64,000 bases of DNA from an uncultured Ruminiclostridium sp. (GTDB lineage Bacteria > Bacillota > Clostridia > Oscillospirales > Ruminococcaceae): NCBI GenBank assembly GCA_905235805.1, contig CAJOMV010000084.1:5354-69353 (forward strand). The letters run 5' to 3'. The first letter of the stretch is position 1; each line of letters starts with the position of its first letter. Below, piece by piece: positions 59,389 through 64,000 of the stretch. A model generated the notes under the pieces. That model was not told the DNA's origin. It was given only the letters and a program-made list of their open reading frames with translations, and made no database searches. The translations under genes were made by a program, and so were the position numbers.

Positions 59389-59634
59389 ATGGAAACAGCG
59401 GTATTATGCGTTTTGGCGGTATTAATGGCGGGAGTGTACAGACGTACGGCTGCCCCGAAGATGTACGCGTTCTTCAACATCATCGCGGGCGCGGTAAGTC
59501 TGGTCGGCTCGGAGATATGGTTCAGCGGCACCGCCGCGGGGATAACGCCGTACAGCGCGGCGCTGTCGGTGATACTCGGGGTGCCGGGAACAGCTCTGCA
59601 CTGGTTCGCGGGAACGATATTGCAGGAGGTGTAA
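59389..59634 (+). CDS. bofA: Pro-sigmaK processing inhibitor BofA-like
   Basis: 81 aa membrane protein with N...G and LGVPG motif; follows yaaL-like gene. Confidence 0.7.
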   Translation: METAVLCVLAVLMAGVYRRTAAPKMYAFFNIIAGAVSLVGSEIWFSGTAAGITPYSAALSVILGVPGTALHWFAGTILQEV

Positions 59635-59637
59635 GCT

Positions 59638-59925
59638 ATGACTGTACAGGTGATGACGGGTACGGCAGCGGTGAAGGAGGCTCCCGCTGCCTCGGTGACG
59701 GAGCGTTCAGCCGAAAAGCCGTATGTGTACACTCCCCCGGAGAATGTGTACGGATATCCCGCGCGGCAGTTTTCCGCTCCCCGGAGGAAAACGGGCTTCG
59801 GAGCAGTTCCCGTGGTGCAGCTACTGATATCGGCGGGGCTGGGCGCAGCGCTGTGGGCGGCGGCGAGCTTCGGGGACGAGGGGACGAGAGCGCTGTGCGA
59901 AAGGCTGGCGCAGCTTTTCCGGTGA
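59638..59925 (+). CDS. Hypothetical single-TM protein in the spoIVFA position
   Basis: AGGAGG SD; one C-terminal hydrophobic helix; TGA overlaps next GTG. Confidence 0.55.
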   Translation: MTVQVMTGTAAVKEAPAASVTERSAEKPYVYTPPENVYGYPARQFSAPRRKTGFGAVPVVQLLISAGLGAALWAAASFGDEGTRALCERLAQLFR

Positions 59926-60476
59926 AGGTGGAGCTGCGCTTCTCCTTCTTCGCGGTGCTGGGGTTCATGATATGCACCGACCGTGAGGGCGTGATGCTGA
60001 TGTGCGCGCTTGCCTGCGCTCTGCACGAGTGCGGGCATCTCGCCGTCATGCTCGCGGAGCGCAGACCACCCTCCTCGGTGGTATTCTACGGCGGGGGCAT
60101 ACATATCCGCGGCGGCAGCACGTCGCTCCCCGCGGTTATCGCGGGCTGTGCGGTGAACGCCGCACTTTTTGCTGTTTTCGGAGCTTTCCCGTGGGGCAGC
60201 GGGCAGCTCCGCCTTTTCGGTGTGTACAATCTGCTCATCGCGGCGTTCAACCTCCTTCCCATAGGTGAGCTCGACGGCAGGCGGCTGCTGGAGCTCGCGC
60301 TGATCCGGGCATTCCCGCCGGAGAAGGCAGTACGTTATTCCGACATCTGCGAGCGCGTAATGACCGTCATAGTTCTCCCCGCAGTGCTGCTGCTCGTTTT
60401 TTCCGGGTATCTCAACTTTTCGGCGATCATCTTTTTCTTTTATGCTTCAGCTGTTGAAATTCTTGAAAAAATATAG
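59922..60476 (+). CDS. spoIVFB: M50 intramembrane metalloprotease, SpoIVFB-like
   Basis: HECGH (HExxH) and FNLLPIGELDG (NxxPxxxxDG); upstream of TIGR03960 gene. Confidence 0.72.
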   Translation: MKVELRFSFFAVLGFMICTDREGVMLMCALACALHECGHLAVMLAERRPPSSVVFYGGGIHIRGGSTSLPAVIAGCAVNAALFAVFGAFPWGSGQLRLFGVYNLLIAAFNLLPIGELDGRRLLELALIRAFPPEKAVRYSDICERVMTVIVLPAVLLLVFSGYLNFSAIIFFFYASAVEILEKI

Positions 60477-60607
60477 CACGAAGCCCGCGTCCCCAAAAGC
60501 TGTCTGTGTTGCTTTTCCTCTGCTTCTTTTTTTCTTCTTCTATTGATTTTTTTCATGTTATATGGTATAATAACTGGAATACTGCCGATATTGGGAGAAA
60601 AAAGAAA

Positions 60608-61072
60608 ATGGATCTCAGAAGGATATCAAGAAAAATATTTATTGCAAGAATTATATTCAGTATCATTCTGATACTGGTATTGATCGGCATAGGTATTTAT
60701 TTCCTGATATGGCATCTGAGCGGACAGCATCATTTCCATGAAGCGCCGGAGAATATGCTTACCGGTTTTACTCCGGAGGAACAGACCGAGATACTGGACG
60801 CTTTCGGTTTAACGATGCCGGAAGACGAGAAAAATGCTTATGTTTATTCATTTGCGTACAGTAAAATTGAAGAAAGATTTTACTCATATACCGTCGAAAT
60901 AGGCGGAGTTGAAGATTATGAGGGCTTCTACGCGGCAAATCCTCAGCGTCGGTCTTTCAATGAGACAACATCGAATTTCCGTACGGACAGGCATTATTAT
61001 ATCGTATATACGGACTCCGGCGGCAGTACATTCAGATACAATAATTTATACACTAAACTATGTGACAGATAA
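60608..61072 (+). CDS. Hypothetical AT-rich membrane-anchored protein
   Basis: N-terminal TM; own promoter TTGATT-N17-TATAAT (60543-60571). Confidence 0.7.
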   Translation: MDLRRISRKIFIARIIFSIILILVLIGIGIYFLIWHLSGQHHFHEAPENMLTGFTPEEQTEILDAFGLTMPEDEKNAYVYSFAYSKIEERFYSYTVEIGGVEDYEGFYAANPQRRSFNETTSNFRTDRHYYIVYTDSGGSTFRYNNLYTKLCDR

Positions 61073-61091
61073 GATCAAAGGAAGAGAAAAA

Positions 61092-62936
61092 ATGTACAAG
61101 GACAAGCTTGACAGGATATTGCTGAAGGTGCAGAAGCCCTCCCGCTACATAGGCGGCGAGCTCAATTCCGTGGAGAAGGACAGGGAGAAGGTCTCCATGC
61201 GCTTCGCGTTCTGCTTTCCCGACACCTACGACATAGGAATGTCTCACCTCGGCATGAAGATACTCTACTCTCTGATAAACGAGGTGCCGGAGTACTGGTG
61301 CGAACGTGTGTTCATGCCCCTCCCCGACATGGAGGAGCAGATGAGAAAGCATGACATACTGCTCTACGGGCTCGAGAGCTTAGAGCCGATACGGGACTTC
61401 GATTTTATCGGATTTACGCTGCAATATGAGCTGTCCTTCTCGAATATCCTCGCAATGCTCGACCTTGCGGGCTTGCCGGTCTGGGCGAAGGACAGGAAAG
61501 CCCTCACCCCGATAGTCTGCGCGGGCGGTCCCTGCGTCTGCAACGCCGAGCCGATAGCGGATTTTGTCGATCTGTGCATTCTCGGCGAGGGCGAGGAAGT
61601 GGAGCTGGAGCTTATGCGCCTGCTCGAGCAGTGCAAGGCGGAGGGCGTCACAAAGCACGAATTTCTTGTCCGCGCGGCGCAGATAGAGGGTATATATGTC
61701 CCGTCGCTGTATGAGATAGAGTACAACCCGGACAACACGATAAAGAGCATTACCCCCACCGAGGGTGCGCCATACAAGGTGAGAAAGCGCATAATCAAGG
61801 ATTTCGACAAGGTATTCTACCCCGACACGTTTGTAGTGCCGTTCTCGGAGATAGTACATGACCGCGCGGTGGTGGAGGTGCTGCGGGGCTGCATACGCGG
61901 GTGCAGGTTCTGCCAGGCAGGGTATCTGTACCGCCCGTTCCGCGAAAAGCAGGTGGAGACGATAGAGAAGGAGACGATATCACTCTGCGAGACCACAGGC
62001 TATGACGAGGTATCCCTCACCTCGCTGAGCACCAGCGACCACAGCGAGATAGAGCGTATGCTCGCCACTCTCGCGAACTACTCCGACGCCGCGCGCGTGA
62101 ACCTCTCACTGCCGTCCCTGCGCATCGACAGCTTCAGCAAGGAGCTCGTCGACCGCATAAAGAGCGTCCGCAAGAGCGGTCTCACCTTCGCCCCCGAAGC
62201 GGGCACGCAGCGTCTGCGCGACGTGATAAACAAGAACATCACCGAAGAGAACGTGATGAACAGCTGCAAAATAGCCTTCGAGGGCGGATATACCTCGGTG
62301 AAGCTGTACTTCATGCTGGGACTTCCGACGGAGACCGTGGAGGATATCGAGGGCATTGCTGAGCTGTGTCAGAGGATAATCGACCTCTACTATTCGCTTG
62401 AAAACCGCCCGAAGGGCAAGGGTATAAAGATAGCGGTATCGCTGTCGACCTTCATACCGAAGCCATTCACGCCCTTCCAGTTCGAGCCCCAGCCCGAGGA
62501 AAGCGTTATCCGCGAGCGTCAGAAGCACCTCATGGAGGTCATAAATACCAAGAAGGTGACGGTCAGCCGTTCGCACTTTGACGTGACCCACCTCGAAGCG
62601 GCACTCGCCCGCGGCGACAGGCGGCTCTCGGCGGTGATATACGCCGCGTGGCGGAAGGGCTGCAAGCTCGACGGCTGGACGGAGTACTACAAGTACGACA
62701 AGTGGATGGAGGCCTTCAAGGAGTGCGGCATAGACCCTGCGTTCTATGTGAACAGACCCCGCTCCTACGACGAGATAATGCCGTGGGACCACATGGATAT
62801 ACTTCTGACAAAAGAGTTCCTTATCCGCGAGAATATGCAGGCTCACGAAGCGCAGCGCACCCCCAACTGTCGGGAAGCCTGCGCAGGCTGCGGCGTGAAC
62901 AGGTGCGTCGGCAGACCGTGCTTCAGGTACGGCTGA
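61092..62936 (+). CDS. TIGR03960-family B12-binding radical SAM protein
   Basis: VQKPSRYIGGE, FPDTYDIGMSHLG, RGCIRGCRFC, TFAPEAGTQRLR, KPFTPFQ. Confidence 0.92.
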   Translation: MYKDKLDRILLKVQKPSRYIGGELNSVEKDREKVSMRFAFCFPDTYDIGMSHLGMKILYSLINEVPEYWCERVFMPLPDMEEQMRKHDILLYGLESLEPIRDFDFIGFTLQYELSFSNILAMLDLAGLPVWAKDRKALTPIVCAGGPCVCNAEPIADFVDLCILGEGEEVELELMRLLEQCKAEGVTKHEFLVRAAQIEGIYVPSLYEIEYNPDNTIKSITPTEGAPYKVRKRIIKDFDKVFYPDTFVVPFSEIVHDRAVVEVLRGCIRGCRFCQAGYLYRPFREKQVETIEKETISLCETTGYDEVSLTSLSTSDHSEIERMLATLANYSDAARVNLSLPSLRIDSFSKELVDRIKSVRKSGLTFAPEAGTQRLRDVINKNITEENVMNSCKIAFEGGYTSVKLYFMLGLPTETVEDIEGIAELCQRIIDLYYSLENRPKGKGIKIAVSLSTFIPKPFTPFQFEPQPEESVIRERQKHLMEVINTKKVTVSRSHFDVTHLEAALARGDRRLSAVIYAAWRKGCKLDGWTEYYKYDKWMEAFKECGIDPAFYVNRPRSYDEIMPWDHMDILLTKEFLIRENMQAHEAQRTPNCREACAGCGVNRCVGRPCFRYG

Positions 62937-62951
62937 TGAGGGAAAGCATTT

Positions 62952-63293
62952 ATGGCGGAGTTTTTTGACGGACTGTTCAATTCCGAGACAGCGGACACGA
63001 TATTCGGATATGTGCTTATATTCGGGATAGGGCTGTTCTTTTATATCGCCAATTGGTGCTGCTTCATAAACAACATGATACCCGGCAGGAAATGGGTCTC
63101 AATGATATCGCCGATCGGGGGACTGATCATAGCGGGGGGCATACTCATCACAGGTGGCGGCTGGTGGGCACTCGTGGGGCTGACCGACCCGTTTTTCGGG
63201 GTGCTTGTGTATTCGCTGCTGACAGGACGGTTCGGGGTTACGAAAAAATCTGACAAGGAAGAAACGAACGAAAATGGCAAACACGGTAACTAA
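62952..63293 (+). CDS. Hypothetical membrane protein
   Basis: 113 aa, about three TMs, overlaps next gene. Confidence 0.6.
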   Translation: MAEFFDGLFNSETADTIFGYVLIFGIGLFFYIANWCCFINNMIPGRKWVSMISPIGGLIIAGGILITGGGWWALVGLTDPFFGVLVYSLLTGRFGVTKKSDKEETNENGKHGN

Positions 63294-63915
63294 GAATATA
63301 CGCGTATTTTTCTCGAAAACGGGGAGAGCTATTTACATCTCCCACCTCGACCTGTACAGGCTGTTCCAGCGCTCTATAAAGCGCAGCAAGCTTCCCGTGT
63401 GGGAGACGGAGGGCTTCAATCCCCATGTATACATCACCTTCGCGCTGCCGCTTGCTCTGGGAACGGCGGGACTGTGCGAAAGTCTTGACATGAAGCTCAC
63501 GGAGGATATAAGCCGGGAAGAGCTGATATCCCGGTTCAACGACGCGCTTCCCCGGGATATACGGGTAACGGACGCGGCGGAGCCGGTGTACAAGCCTACC
63601 GAGATATCTATGTCGGAGTATGAGGCGAATTTTGAGTGCGACGGCGCTAAGTTTGCGGAGTTCCTTGCTTCGGAGCATATCGTTACGGAGAAGAAGACCA
63701 AGCGCGGTATCACGGAGCTCGACCTGAAGCAGCACCTCACCGTGCTTGAGCAGGGAGAAGGGTACCTGCGGTTCACATTCCCCTCCGGCACCGAGTTCAA
63801 CATCAATGCGGGACTGCTGTTCGACGCGTTTGAGAAGCAGGCGGGAGAGGAGATATACTCGCTCCGCATAACACGGACGGCAATAAAATGCCGCAATGGA
63901 GAAATTTTTCGGTGA
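63274..63915 (+). CDS. TIGR03936-family radical SAM-associated protein
   Basis: FSKTG...YISHLD...EGFNPH...FALPLALG. Confidence 0.9.
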   Translation: MANTVTKNIRVFFSKTGRAIYISHLDLYRLFQRSIKRSKLPVWETEGFNPHVYITFALPLALGTAGLCESLDMKLTEDISREELISRFNDALPRDIRVTDAAEPVYKPTEISMSEYEANFECDGAKFAEFLASEHIVTEKKTKRGITELDLKQHLTVLEQGEGYLRFTFPSGTEFNINAGLLFDAFEKQAGEEIYSLRITRTAIKCRNGEIFR

Positions 63916-63940
63916 AATTTGGTAAAATTGCAAAAAACTC

Positions 63941-63969
63941 TTGCAATTCCGAAAAAAAAGTGCTATAAT
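63941..63969 (+). promoter_or_regulatory. Sigma-A promoter for a gene beyond the window
   Basis: TTGCAA-N17-TATAAT with TG extension. Confidence 0.7.
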
Positions 63970-64000
63970 ATAAAGGCATTTGTAACTGCATACTTTTTGT

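Overview
Chromosomal window from a GC-rich, spore-forming, plant-fibre-degrading Clostridia (gene content suggests Ruminococcaceae/Oscillospiraceae; inference). Housekeeping genes include hisZGDC, rel, rlmH, a D,D-carboxypeptidase, purL, trpB2, bofA/spoIVFB and the TIGR03960/TIGR03936 radical-SAM pair. Accessory genes include tandem membrane EAL proteins, an AT-rich XRE islet, an ABC importer with a long structured leader, GH5, GH9, a CE2-like esterase and SdpRI. The most striking structure is a 12-kb array (34.6-46.7 kb) of four ECF sigma factor / large single-pass anti-sigma cassettes in two alternating families (A-B-A-B). Each cassette has its own terminator and its own upstream ECF-type promoter with an exact 17-nt spacer and a family-specific -10. 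Both family-A anti-sigma genes carry an internal SD+ATG at codon 37. Two nearby lipoprotein genes have related ECF-type promoters. No rRNA, tRNA, CRISPR array, transposase or integrase was seen. All family calls are from motif recognition by eye; no searches were run.
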